Below the pieces are notes generated by a model. The model had not been told where the DNA came from. It searched no databases and was given only the letters and a program-made list of their open reading frames with translations. From Candidatus Hydrogenedentota bacterium (GTDB lineage: Bacteria; Hydrogenedentota; Hydrogenedentia; Hydrogenedentales; SLHB01): DNA of 64,000 bases. Positions 11,751 to 21,874 of the stretch are shown in pieces (position 1 is the stretch's first letter; each line of letters begins with the position of its first letter). A program made the position numbers and the translations under genes. The DNA lies in the NCBI GenBank assembly GCA_963668025.2, contig CAXXTH010000018.1:1-64000 (forward strand). The letters are read 5' to 3'.

Positions 11751-12806
11751 ATGAAAACAAAAGAAGGTTTCACTTTAATTGAGTTATTGGTAGTCATCGC
11801 CATCATCGCCATCTTAGCAGCCATATTGCTTCCGGCGCTTGCGCGCGCGCGTGAGGCGGCGCGGCGCGCTTCATGTTCGAGCAACCTCAAGCAATGGGGC
11901 GTGATCTACAAGATGTACTCGAATGAGAGCAAAGGCGGCGTATGGGTTGCCAGCACCCCTTATTGCCCGGGCATTCTAATCGGGTCATCCCCTTCTCATA
12001 ACCGAAGCATGCTTGCCGCGCGCGGCTATCTGCTGTATCCCGATTATTGGAATGACCCGAACATGGCCATTTGCCCGTCGGATAGCCGGGGAGACGCCAT
12101 GGCTGCCGCCTTTGGGCTGAAAGAGGATTATGCGTCGCAGGTCACGGAGACGGCGAAGGCCTCAGCGAGTAATACCGATGTCCGCGCCCGCTATTGTTAT
12201 GAATCCATGGTATCCATGCCGATTTCGTATTGTTATATCGGTTATGCGGTGCGCAATGAAGCGCAATTGGCGCATTACATCTGTGATCGCTGGTGGAAAG
12301 GCCAGACGTTATATGCCGAAGATCCTCAAAACGAGGGCATCTATATTCCCAAAGGCGACATGTCGGATTATGGGTGTGATTATACCTTGTTGATCTACCC
12401 CTCGCTTGGAGAAGGTGATTTCGAGACCGAGACGAAGCACGAAGACATAGACGGCAAGGCGATGCCTACCGTGTATCATCAATTAAAAGAGGGTGTGGAG
12501 CGGTTTTTCATCACGGACATCAACAATCCTGCGGCGGGCAGTGTGGGGCAAAGCACATTGGCTGTCATGCTGGATAGCTGGGGTTCGGCCGATTCCTGGA
12601 TGAATGCGTTCGCAGGCGCGACTGCCGCGGATGTGCCGGTTTCCCGGTTCAACCATCTGCCGGGCGGCAGCAATGTCTTGTATATGGATGGCCATGTGGA
12701 GTTCATCCGTTACGGAACCAAATACCCGGTGCGCAATTCAGACCGTACGAGTTCCATTGGCTATACGCTGAGTTTTTGGATGTCTGTTGCGGGCGGCATG
12801 GGCTGA
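11751..12806 (+). CDS. Prepilin-type N-methylation / DUF1559 protein with C-terminal H-X9-DG motif
   Basis: [37 protein letters not shown]; CPSD; [19 protein letters not shown]. Confidence 0.92.
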   Translation: MKTKEGFTLIELLVVIAIIAILAAILLPALARAREAARRASCSSNLKQWGVIYKMYSNESKGGVWVASTPYCPGILIGSSPSHNRSMLAARGYLLYPDYWNDPNMAICPSDSRGDAMAAAFGLKEDYASQVTETAKASASNTDVRARYCYESMVSMPISYCYIGYAVRNEAQLAHYICDRWWKGQTLYAEDPQNEGIYIPKGDMSDYGCDYTLLIYPSLGEGDFETETKHEDIDGKAMPTVYHQLKEGVERFFITDINNPAAGSVGQSTLAVMLDSWGSADSWMNAFAGATAADVPVSRFNHLPGGSNVLYMDGHVEFIRYGTKYPVRNSDRTSSIGYTLSFWMSVAGGMG

Positions 12807-12906
12807 GGCGTTATTGCAAGACTACATTACCGGAGGCTCCGTATCGAGGGGCCTTCGGCCTTTCATAAACAACCACGAAATGCGCCGTTAAGGAAGATGT
12901 GAAAGC

Positions 12907-13980
12907 ATGCTGTATCTTTTTACAAGGAGGGTTACGATCTTGCAGTGCTTGAGCTTATTATCATGCCTGTGCATGCATTGTTTCGCGGCGGAATCGACGC
13001 CGCAAGACGCCATCAATCGCGGCGATTCGATAAAACGCATACCGGTCATTCTGGATACTGATATTGGCGACGATATCGATGATACATGGGCATTGGCCAT
13101 GTTGTTAAGGCGGCCGGAAGTCGAAGTGAAGCTAATTGTCACCGCCCGGGAAGATACGGTGGCGAAGGCGCGGCTTGTCGCGAAAATGCTTACCCGCCTG
13201 GACCGGACAGATATTCCTATCGGTATTGGCATAAAACAAAGTGATAATCTGGTTAACCAGGCGAAGTGGCTGGGCGATTTTGATTTTAAAGAGTATTCGG
13301 GAAAAGTGATTCAAGATGGCGTCCAGGCGCTTATCGATTGTGTGATGAAGCAGGATGCGCCCATCACTATTTGTGCAATCGGTCCTCAGACCAATCTAGC
13401 GGAAGCCGTATCGAGGGAGCCTGCCATCGCAGCTCATGCGCGTATTGTGGCAATGGCGGGCAGCGTTTTTATGGGATATAATGGAAATTCGTCCCGTATG
13501 GCGGAAGTCAATATCATGTTAGATATTCCTGCCGCTCGAAAAGTGCTGGCCGCGCCCTGGGAAATCATTTATGCACCGCTGGATGTGTGTGGCGATATCG
13601 TGCTGCATGAGGCGCAATACACGAAAGTTATGGAATCCAGTCTTCCTGCGGCGAAAGTCGTTGTCGAGAATTATGATTTGTGGTCGAATCGGGACAAGTT
13701 TCCCGATAAAGGCACAAGCACCTTATATGATACTTCGGCGGCATATCTGGTTTTCGACGAGTCATGCTGCCGTATCGAGACCCATAACATCACTATAGAT
13801 GATGCGGGCTACACGATTCCTTCAGCAGAAGGCCATCCGGTTCGGTGCGCGCTGGGCTGGAAAGATCGGGAAGCCTTTGAGCAAATGTTAGTGGATACGT
13901 TTGCCGCGCCAGGTACGCCAGCACCCGTTGAAACGTTTCGGACAGCCAAACCTGCTATTTCAATACAGGAGAAACCGTGA
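12907..13980 (+). CDS. Nucleoside hydrolase (IU-NH) family protein, probably exported
   Basis: ILDTDIGDDIDD, IGPQTNLA, MAGS, AEVNI, PLDV motifs; hydrophobic N-terminus. Confidence 0.8.
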   Translation: MLYLFTRRVTILQCLSLLSCLCMHCFAAESTPQDAINRGDSIKRIPVILDTDIGDDIDDTWALAMLLRRPEVEVKLIVTAREDTVAKARLVAKMLTRLDRTDIPIGIGIKQSDNLVNQAKWLGDFDFKEYSGKVIQDGVQALIDCVMKQDAPITICAIGPQTNLAEAVSREPAIAAHARIVAMAGSVFMGYNGNSSRMAEVNIMLDIPAARKVLAAPWEIIYAPLDVCGDIVLHEAQYTKVMESSLPAAKVVVENYDLWSNRDKFPDKGTSTLYDTSAAYLVFDESCCRIETHNITIDDAGYTIPSAEGHPVRCALGWKDREAFEQMLVDTFAAPGTPAPVETFRTAKPAISIQEKP

Positions 13981-16187
13981 TGAGCGCTCCGGGGAGACCT
14001 CTAGCGTTTTCTCTTTTCTTGATACTTATCTGGACAGCCGCCAGCCCGGTTGCATACGCGGAAACGCCTGCGCCATTGGAACAACGGCATCCCGAGTTTG
14101 CCTCTGCTGGGTATGATGCCGTTAAGTCGGAAGCAACTGGTTTTTTTTACACAAAGAAGATCAACGATGTCTGGTGGTTTATTGATCCGGCGGGGAAAGG
14201 CTTTTATGCCGTAGGCGTGGGCGGGGTAAGTGTTAAGTCGAACAACTGCGAACGGTTGGGCTATAGCCCCTATGAGCGCGCGGTCCTCAGTAAGTACGGT
14301 TCGCCGGAAGCATGGGCGGAAGCTACGGAAAAACGGCTGCGGGATTGGGGATTCAACACCTATCAACTGAACTACGCTGGCGCAAAACAAACGCCTTCGG
14401 CATATTTTCGCGGACGGTCATTCGGGCTTTCTTTTGCCCGGCAAGATGGTTTTCCAACAGTAACGCCCACCACGCTGCTAGGGAGCTTCCCCAACGTATT
14501 CAGCCCGGAATGGCCAAAATTTTGCGATAAAACCGCCCAGGAATTATGTGCGGAGATGAAAGAGGACCCCTGGCTGCTTGGGTATACATCGGACAATGAA
14601 CTGGCATGGGGCGGGCCGTTCGGCTCCAAATGGGGTCTTTTCGAAGAAGCATGGAAGAAGCCGCAAGATGATCCGGCGAAAAAAGCATGGATAGCGTTTC
14701 TCCAGGCCCGGCTGAAATCAGCGTCTGAATTTGCCAGCAATTGGGGCTGCCCCCAACAGACGTGGGAAGAACTAGCGATAAGCCAAGAGGCGGTGCCGCC
14801 CATGACGGCAATGGCGGACGATATTTGCACCCAATGGTTGAAATATGTGGCGGAAGCATATTTCCGTGAAGTTTCGGGGGCGATACGGCGCTATGATCCC
14901 AACCATCTGTATCTGGGATGCCGTTTCACTACGGATATGCAGGATGTACTTGATGTCTGCGGCCAATATTGCGATGTCGTCACTTTAAACATGTACGCGC
15001 GATTCGAGCCGGGCAAGCCTATTACTCGATATGAACTAGGCTTGCTCCAAGCATGGTCCAGCGCGGCGGGAAAGCCTTTGATGTTCACCGAATGGAGTTT
15101 CCCGTCATTTGATAGCGGGCTGCCTTGTTCGGTGGGTGCGGGCATGCGCGTCGAAACTCAGCAGCAACGCGCGGCCTGTTGGGAGGAATTCCAGCGGACG
15201 CTTTTCCAACTGCCTTTTGTCGTGGGCTCTGAGTATTTCATGTGGTCCGATGAACCGGCGCTGGGCATTGCATCGTATCATCGCGAGAACACAAATTATG
15301 GGCTGGTCACGGTTAGCGATGAACCTTACCAGGAAGTAGTAGATAAGGCCAAAACCGTGAATCCGCTGGTGTATGCGCTTCATTCGCGCGGAGAGATGCC
15401 GGAAGGCGCTCCGGCGCGCCGGATGGCTTCGTGTTTACGCGACTTTTCGGCGAGCAAGGCCATGGATGGAACGCCCCTGCTTTTTCCAGAAGGGCTATTG
15501 AATATATCACCGGGAAACAATGGAAATGGAGCGGAATGGCTATTGTCGCTGGGTAAAGAATATCTCGCTTCGATGCAGCCATTGGTGCTCGAACACTACC
15601 AGGGATATAAATGGTGCATTGCATCCGAATGTAAATTAATACAAATGCATGAAAATGATGCCGTCATGGCGGCAGATTATGAGCTTTCCAACCGCGCTGC
15701 GGCTTCAACCAAAACAGAGGGGGCGTATCGCTCCATCTGGCGTTTGTTCATCCCAAAGAAGAATCCCGGCTGGGTGGGCATGCAATGCTTGATGGTCGAA
15801 AATATTGGAACAGAGACATGGCTTTTGGATGAGATCCAATGCAATCTCAACAGCGGCATCGCCCAAAACAACGTGCAAGATACGGCGTTTGATCTTTCGC
15901 TCAAATGGCTTCCTTTTTATCGAAACGGCACGTTTATGTGGGATGCGGACGCCAAGATTGGCGTCGGCGCTTCTTTCCTGAATGTGGACGATTTCGACTA
16001 TATTTTTTATCCACAGCCAGGAAAGGAAAGCAAAGGGGAGTTTAAACGGAAAGTTCATGCCACATTAGCGCCGGGGGAAAAATATGCAACAGAAACACCC
16101 GTGGCCTTCTTCTTCCCTATGGAGCATAATTCGCCCGCCCATTTCGCCCGGACCGTTGAACGCCTTTTGAGCCAGGTGTCGGAATGA
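13977..16187 (+). CDS. Secreted clan GH-A glycoside hydrolase, beta-agarase (GH50)-like, paralog 1
   Basis: ATGFFYTKK..WWFIDPAG; WGFNT; DPWLLGY.SDNE; YDPNHLYLGCRF; KPLMFTEWSF; ENTNYGLV. Confidence 0.75.
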   Translation: MMSAPGRPLAFSLFLILIWTAASPVAYAETPAPLEQRHPEFASAGYDAVKSEATGFFYTKKINDVWWFIDPAGKGFYAVGVGGVSVKSNNCERLGYSPYERAVLSKYGSPEAWAEATEKRLRDWGFNTYQLNYAGAKQTPSAYFRGRSFGLSFARQDGFPTVTPTTLLGSFPNVFSPEWPKFCDKTAQELCAEMKEDPWLLGYTSDNELAWGGPFGSKWGLFEEAWKKPQDDPAKKAWIAFLQARLKSASEFASNWGCPQQTWEELAISQEAVPPMTAMADDICTQWLKYVAEAYFREVSGAIRRYDPNHLYLGCRFTTDMQDVLDVCGQYCDVVTLNMYARFEPGKPITRYELGLLQAWSSAAGKPLMFTEWSFPSFDSGLPCSVGAGMRVETQQQRAACWEEFQRTLFQLPFVVGSEYFMWSDEPALGIASYHRENTNYGLVTVSDEPYQEVVDKAKTVNPLVYALHSRGEMPEGAPARRMASCLRDFSASKAMDGTPLLFPEGLLNISPGNNGNGAEWLLSLGKEYLASMQPLVLEHYQGYKWCIASECKLIQMHENDAVMAADYELSNRAAASTKTEGAYRSIWRLFIPKKNPGWVGMQCLMVENIGTETWLLDEIQCNLNSGIAQNNVQDTAFDLSLKWLPFYRNGTFMWDADAKIGVGASFLNVDDFDYIFYPQPGKESKGEFKRKVHATLAPGEKYATETPVAFFFPMEHNSPAHFARTVERLLSQVSE

Positions 16188-16230
16188 TCCCTAGCCAGCC
16201 CCCAAAAGCATATGATATGGAGAGGATATA

Positions 16231-18429
16231 ATGAGGCATAATTATACTTTAGTATATCTTTTATATACCATAATATCATTTTCATATTGCGATACAGTTT
16301 TTGCTGAAACACAAGCCAGTCCAGAAAAGGCTTATCCGCCCTATACGGCCCCTGGCTTTGACGGAGTACAGGCAGAACCCACGGGCTATTTTTATACGAA
16401 ACAGATAGGCGATGCCTGGTGGATCATAGACCCATCAGGGAAAGGATATTACGCCGTTGGCATCGGGCATGTCTCGTATAGTGGAGAAAACTGCGAACGC
16501 TTGGGTTATGCCCCCTACAATGTGGCTGTACAAAAAAAGTACGCTTCCCGGGCAGCATGGGGCGACGCCACCGTGCAACGATTCAAGGAGTGGGGATTCA
16601 ATACGCTTGGGGAATTGAATGATCACGACGTGCTTGCGCACAAATATCCATCTCATACTGTATTTCAATGTTTCGGTTATGTATTCGCCCAACGAGATGG
16701 GCTGCCTACTCCCAAGGAGGGCGTGTTTGCCGTATTTCCTAATGTATTCAGTCCTGAATGGCCGAAATTCTGTGATGACTTGGCGCGGGAGACCTGTGCG
16801 CCTTGGAAAGATGATCCATGGATGCTCGGGTATTTTGTGGATAACGAGCTCACGTGGGGCGGGGCAATTGGGGCTAAGTGGGGCTTGTTCGATGCGGCGT
16901 GGCAGAAGCCCGCTGCCGACCCCGCCAAACAGGCCTGGCTGGATTTTTTGAAGTCACGCCTTTCATCCGCCTCTGAATTCGCCGCGAACTGGGGAACGGA
17001 ACAAGCATCATGGGAAGAACTAGCGCAGAGCCAGCAGCCGTTTCCTCCCATGACGCCCTTGGCGTACGAAATATGCAATGGCTGGCTGAAGCTTGTAGCG
17101 GATCGGTATTTTCGTGAAGTGGCAGCGAGTGTGCGCCGGCATGATCCTAACCACATGATTCTGGGCGTACGCTTTACGACGGATGTTCCTGACATACTAG
17201 ATGTGGTGGGGCAATATTGCGACGCCGTCACCATAAATTATTATCCCCAGATGGAGCCCGGCAAGCCCCTCAACCAATATAATATTGATCTTCTTGCAAA
17301 GTGGCACCAGCAAGCGGGCAAGCCGATTTTGATCAGTGAGTGGAGTTTTCCTTCCTTTGACAGCGGCCTGCCTTCCACCATAGGTGCGGGCATGCGGGTG
17401 GAAACGCAGCAGCAGCGCGCGGAGTGCTGGGCCGCATATCAAGAAACTCTTTTTAAAATGCCGTTCATTGTGGGATCGAATTACTTCATGTGGACGGATG
17501 AACCGGCATGGGGCATATCGAGCAATCACCGGGAAAACACCAATTATGGATTGGTGGATGAAAATGATCAGCCGTACCTGGCGCTAGTAGAAAAAGCGAA
17601 AGCAATAAATCCTCAAGTATATGAGCTGCATGCGAAAGGTGAAATGCCTCAAGGTAATGCGCCCCGAGAATTGGCGGGATGCGTAAAAGAATTTGAACCC
17701 ATGCAGCCTGCAAATGAGAATGATTTTTCCCCGGCGGATGGCCTGCTTCAGATTAAGCGGGAATCCGGCAGTGCGGAATGGCTGCTTTCTGTAAAAGATC
17801 AATTCTTATGCACAATCAAACCTAGAATTGTCCAGCACTATAAAGGATACAAATGGTCTGTTCCATCGGACGCCAAGATTATGCAAACACTTGGAAACGA
17901 TCTGGTCATTGCTATCGAGCTTGAGCTGTCGAACGATTCCTCCGCAGCGAAAAACATGGAAGGACGTTATCGGTCTGTATGGCGCTTCTTTGCTCCGAGA
18001 AAGAATCCGGATTGGTTCGGAATGCAATGCCTTTCCGTGGAAAATACGGGAGATGCCGCATGGCGCCTCCCGGAAGTGGAATGCCTGGTGGAATCCAATA
18101 TTGGCCGAAACGATACCCAGGATGCCCCATTTGGCTTATCGCATAAATGGACTCCATTTTATAAAAATGGTTCATTCCTGTGGGACCAAGCGGCTGGCCT
18201 TGGCATCGGAGCCACTTTTCTAAATCCCATGGACTATGCGCATTATTTCTTTGCAGACAAGGAGAATAGGGGCACCGCCATTCTTCGGCATAAAACGGAT
18301 GTGACGCTTGCCCCAGGAGAGAGTTATAGCCAAGCGGCCCCGGCCGTGTTCTTTTTCCCTATGCAATATGACTCGGCAGCCCATTTTGCTCGAAATGTGG
18401 AGAAGCTGATGCGCCAGGCTGCCGAGTGA
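16231..18429 (+). CDS. Secreted clan GH-A glycoside hydrolase, GH50-like, paralog 2
   Basis: Colinear with the preceding ORF over its whole length (DNE, DPNH, ISEWSFPSFDSGLP). Confidence 0.75.
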   Translation: MRHNYTLVYLLYTIISFSYCDTVFAETQASPEKAYPPYTAPGFDGVQAEPTGYFYTKQIGDAWWIIDPSGKGYYAVGIGHVSYSGENCERLGYAPYNVAVQKKYASRAAWGDATVQRFKEWGFNTLGELNDHDVLAHKYPSHTVFQCFGYVFAQRDGLPTPKEGVFAVFPNVFSPEWPKFCDDLARETCAPWKDDPWMLGYFVDNELTWGGAIGAKWGLFDAAWQKPAADPAKQAWLDFLKSRLSSASEFAANWGTEQASWEELAQSQQPFPPMTPLAYEICNGWLKLVADRYFREVAASVRRHDPNHMILGVRFTTDVPDILDVVGQYCDAVTINYYPQMEPGKPLNQYNIDLLAKWHQQAGKPILISEWSFPSFDSGLPSTIGAGMRVETQQQRAECWAAYQETLFKMPFIVGSNYFMWTDEPAWGISSNHRENTNYGLVDENDQPYLALVEKAKAINPQVYELHAKGEMPQGNAPRELAGCVKEFEPMQPANENDFSPADGLLQIKRESGSAEWLLSVKDQFLCTIKPRIVQHYKGYKWSVPSDAKIMQTLGNDLVIAIELELSNDSSAAKNMEGRYRSVWRFFAPRKNPDWFGMQCLSVENTGDAAWRLPEVECLVESNIGRNDTQDAPFGLSHKWTPFYKNGSFLWDQAAGLGIGATFLNPMDYAHYFFADKENRGTAILRHKTDVTLAPGESYSQAAPAVFFFPMQYDSAAHFARNVEKLMRQAAE

Positions 18430-18465
18430 AAAAGTGAAATCTATTAAACGCTTTACTTACGTGAT

Positions 18466-20811
18466 TTGGAGATACTGCCGGTGAATGTCGGGAATGATTT
18501 CTGGGAGAATTCGGGCGCCGTCTGGATATGCCAGGCAGGCGCGGAGAATAGTGTCAACCTCTATTTGCAGTTTGTGCGCAAATTCGAGATTAAGGGGATA
18601 AAAAACGTATGCCTTCACATAACGGCCTCATCACAATATGCGGTGGCGATTAACGGGAATTATATAGGCCGCGGGCCTGCGGTATCGTATAAAACACGTT
18701 ATTATTATCATACCTATAATATACCTGAAGATATACTCCAGGAAGGAGAGAATTGTATTTCTGTTCTTGTATATCATGATGGGGAATCCACGGAAACGAT
18801 CCCTGGATTTCGTTATGGAAAACCGGGTTTGCTGGCATGTATTCAAGGGCGGGATTGGCGCATATCCAGTGATACGGACTGGCTTGTCCGCCGGGCGCCT
18901 TGTTATTCTTCCCTTTCCAGCATGGTATGCCAATGGGGCAATTACAAAGAGTATTACCATGGCGATAAAGATGATGAATGGCGATTGGCGTCGTATGAGC
19001 ATTCCACTTGGGAACATGCGGTGGCCGTTGCGCCGCCCATTTCGCCAGATTTTGCACTAGACTTAGTCCTGCTTGATGTCAAGGAGCTTGCGAGTGGCGT
19101 GGCGCGTCCAATACGTATCACAGGCGCTTATCCTAATCTAGGCCATATTGGCGTGAAGGAACTCGATAATCATCCATCTTCACCCTTTGAACGCCGGTAT
19201 GAGATTTCCGTGGAACAAGGCGAGCCGTTTTCCATGCCTGCCGTCGTATTTGATTTTGGCAAAATACTGGTGGGATTTCCGGAAATCGCTATTGAAGGCG
19301 GGCCTTGCAGTATTGAAGTGTGGTATGGAGAAACGATGGATCTTTACCGCCTGGATGCTGTTCATCTTCCGGAAAACGGAATTTGGCGGGCCTTCCAACG
19401 AAGGGCCTTCCGGTTCTTGCAACTGAAGTTTATCGCTATCCAGGAAATCGTCACAATCAAACATGTATTGCAGAACACGTTTCAATATCCATTTAACAGC
19501 GGCAGCATGCTCCAAACTTCCGATAAACATTTAAATAGGATCATGGATGTTTCCATTGATACGCTTCAGGCCAATACATCGTATCATTATGAGGATTGCC
19601 CTATCCGGGAACAAGCGCTATGGGTCATGGATATGCGTATTATGGGGCTTATGAATACGTATGTTTTCGGCAATCACGAGTTGAATGCAAAATGCATACG
19701 TCAGATTTTTTCGCTCCAGCGGGAAGACGGCGGAATACCCGCGACCGGGCCGCGAGGCAATAATTTTTATATTCATGATTTTCTATTTCATCTCGTGGCT
19801 TCCCTCAAGGAGCATTTCCAGCATACAGGGGATGAGGAAATCGTCAAGGAGTTGCATCCTCGCCTTGAAAAATTGCATCAGTATGTAGTCCTGCCGCGTG
19901 CGCAAGATGGGTTGCTCGATAGTGATCTGATGCCTGGCGTATGGATCTTTTTGGATTGGAATGAAAAAATCCCCAAGGCGGGAAAAACTACGGTGCTCAA
20001 TTCCCTTTATGTCATCTATTTGGATGATATGGCGCAGCTTTCTAGAATCGCCGGAGAATGCAGATTAGCGGAGTTTTATACTCAAGAAGCGCAACGGGTC
20101 CGACGGCGTATCCATGAGCTATTCTTTTTGACCGATAAGCAAATTTATTGTGATACTTGGAGAAATGGGGAGTTGTTGCCGGTCATTTCGCAGCAGTCTA
20201 ATTTAGCAGCTATACTGGCTGGCGTACCTTCGGAATCTCAAAGTGAAAACATACTTTCAAGAATAATGAGCAATTCCCATTATCAAAAACCCATAGGCCC
20301 ATCTTCCTATTTACTTATATTCGAAGCGCTTGCCAAAACAAAAAACTTTCGATTAATCGAGCGAATGATTCATGAGTATTGGGGCGCCATGTTGGACCGG
20401 GGCGCGACAACATGGTGGGAAATATTCGATGCCGATTCACCATCCTGGGTATATCCGCACCCGTTTTTAGGGAATTGCCCTATGTATGAAAAGGACTGGG
20501 CTCCTGTTTCGTGCTGCCATGCATGGAGTTCCGTTCCAGGATATGTGATTCCCCGTTATTTGCTTGGGATTGATTTGTCAAACGTGCATAAGGGACAGAT
20601 TATTATTCAACCGGATCTCGACACATCCCCGGAGTGGGCCATATATAAGCTGCCCATGAAAGGAGGAATGCTGCATCTGAAGTTTTTCTCAGAAAAAGGG
20701 CATAGAAACGTTCATGTAATCAGCAAGCCTGCACACCTTGATGTGGTTATCGAGGGAGAAACGCCAAAAGCAGCTATCGTAAATGCTGAGTTGGATAGTA
20801 TTATACGATGA
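18466..20811 (+). CDS. GH78-like alpha-L-rhamnosidase
   Basis: DFGK, RRAFRF, EDCPIREQALWVMD, FLDW, GATTWWE, SCCHAWSS motifs. Confidence 0.85.
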   Translation: MEILPVNVGNDFWENSGAVWICQAGAENSVNLYLQFVRKFEIKGIKNVCLHITASSQYAVAINGNYIGRGPAVSYKTRYYYHTYNIPEDILQEGENCISVLVYHDGESTETIPGFRYGKPGLLACIQGRDWRISSDTDWLVRRAPCYSSLSSMVCQWGNYKEYYHGDKDDEWRLASYEHSTWEHAVAVAPPISPDFALDLVLLDVKELASGVARPIRITGAYPNLGHIGVKELDNHPSSPFERRYEISVEQGEPFSMPAVVFDFGKILVGFPEIAIEGGPCSIEVWYGETMDLYRLDAVHLPENGIWRAFQRRAFRFLQLKFIAIQEIVTIKHVLQNTFQYPFNSGSMLQTSDKHLNRIMDVSIDTLQANTSYHYEDCPIREQALWVMDMRIMGLMNTYVFGNHELNAKCIRQIFSLQREDGGIPATGPRGNNFYIHDFLFHLVASLKEHFQHTGDEEIVKELHPRLEKLHQYVVLPRAQDGLLDSDLMPGVWIFLDWNEKIPKAGKTTVLNSLYVIYLDDMAQLSRIAGECRLAEFYTQEAQRVRRRIHELFFLTDKQIYCDTWRNGELLPVISQQSNLAAILAGVPSESQSENILSRIMSNSHYQKPIGPSSYLLIFEALAKTKNFRLIERMIHEYWGAMLDRGATTWWEIFDADSPSWVYPHPFLGNCPMYEKDWAPVSCCHAWSSVPGYVIPRYLLGIDLSNVHKGQIIIQPDLDTSPEWAIYKLPMKGGMLHLKFFSEKGHRNVHVISKPAHLDVVIEGETPKAAIVNAELDSIIR

Positions 20812-21818
20812 AATCGGATTTGCATAGTGATACACGAGAGCAGAAAATGTGGCTTATGAATGTGGAGCACAGCATAACAAATGAATTCGTAGGTTTGTCG
20901 AATCACAAGCCCATTGTTATTTACACCTTTCCTCATTTCAAGAAGACGGAATACACCTTTGTAGATAAAAAATGCGCAGACAGGCAAGAGGGAATAACGG
21001 CGCGCTATCTCGCGGGCCTAGATGTTCCTCCGCATGATCATGAGTTTTATGAGATCACGATTGTCCGCGCGGGGCAGGCGATGCACCAGACCGAAAACGG
21101 CGATTTTCTGGTCCAAAAAGGAACCGTCGTTGTTGTCCCGCCTGGCCAAGTGCATGCATTCACGGCGCTCAGTGATTTCTCGGTGACGAATATTTACTAT
21201 CAAAGTGAATGGCTTGCGGATGATTTGAAAATGCTGCTTAGCGAGGACGGCCTGGTTCCGTTGTTTCTAGCGGCGGATTTATATGATCAGCCGCATCTTC
21301 GCCAAGTACACCAATTCCAGCTTGATGAAGAGGGATTAACGGCTTGTATACGAGAAGTGGTGGATATCTGCAAAAGCCTCCGCCATGGTTCCGCCCTGCT
21401 GCTCTTTGCAAACCTTTGCTTTCTCAAAACGCTTATCATCATGAGCAAAGCGTATTGCTTAAAAAAGAACAGTATTCGGACACTTCAATTCAGGCCGGAA
21501 ATCTGGACGGTTCTGGATGATATTGAGCAATCGCTCGTGAGCGGAACGCAGTTTTCATTCTCGAAGGTGGCAGGCCGGTTAGGCTTGTCCACTAAATATC
21601 TTAGCACCATATTTTTAAAGGATGTGGGTTTGCGTCCCATACATTATTTTCAACGCCGGCGTGGCCAGCACGCGGCGCGTTTGCTGCTTTCGACGCATAT
21701 ACCCATAACGGAAGTCGCCCATTCCTTGTGTTATACGGATTCGTCCCATTTTTGTAATCAGTTTAAAAATCAATATGGCGTATCTCCTCATAAATATCGA
21801 AAACGCTTCCAAAAATAA
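20808..21818 (+). CDS. AraC-family regulator (RhaR/RhaS-like cupin plus HTH)
   Basis: PHDHEFYEI..PGQVHA cupin; C-terminal ITEVAHSLCYTDSSHFCNQFKNQYGVSP. Confidence 0.9.
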   Translation: MKSDLHSDTREQKMWLMNVEHSITNEFVGLSNHKPIVIYTFPHFKKTEYTFVDKKCADRQEGITARYLAGLDVPPHDHEFYEITIVRAGQAMHQTENGDFLVQKGTVVVVPPGQVHAFTALSDFSVTNIYYQSEWLADDLKMLLSEDGLVPLFLAADLYDQPHLRQVHQFQLDEEGLTACIREVVDICKSLRHGSALLLFANLCFLKTLIIMSKAYCLKKNSIRTLQFRPEIWTVLDDIEQSLVSGTQFSFSKVAGRLGLSTKYLSTIFLKDVGLRPIHYFQRRRGQHAARLLLSTHIPITEVAHSLCYTDSSHFCNQFKNQYGVSPHKYRKRFQK

Positions 21819-21874
21819 GAGCAAGCGCATTTTATGTAGATACGGATTTACAATGGTAAAGCATTGCTTTTAGG

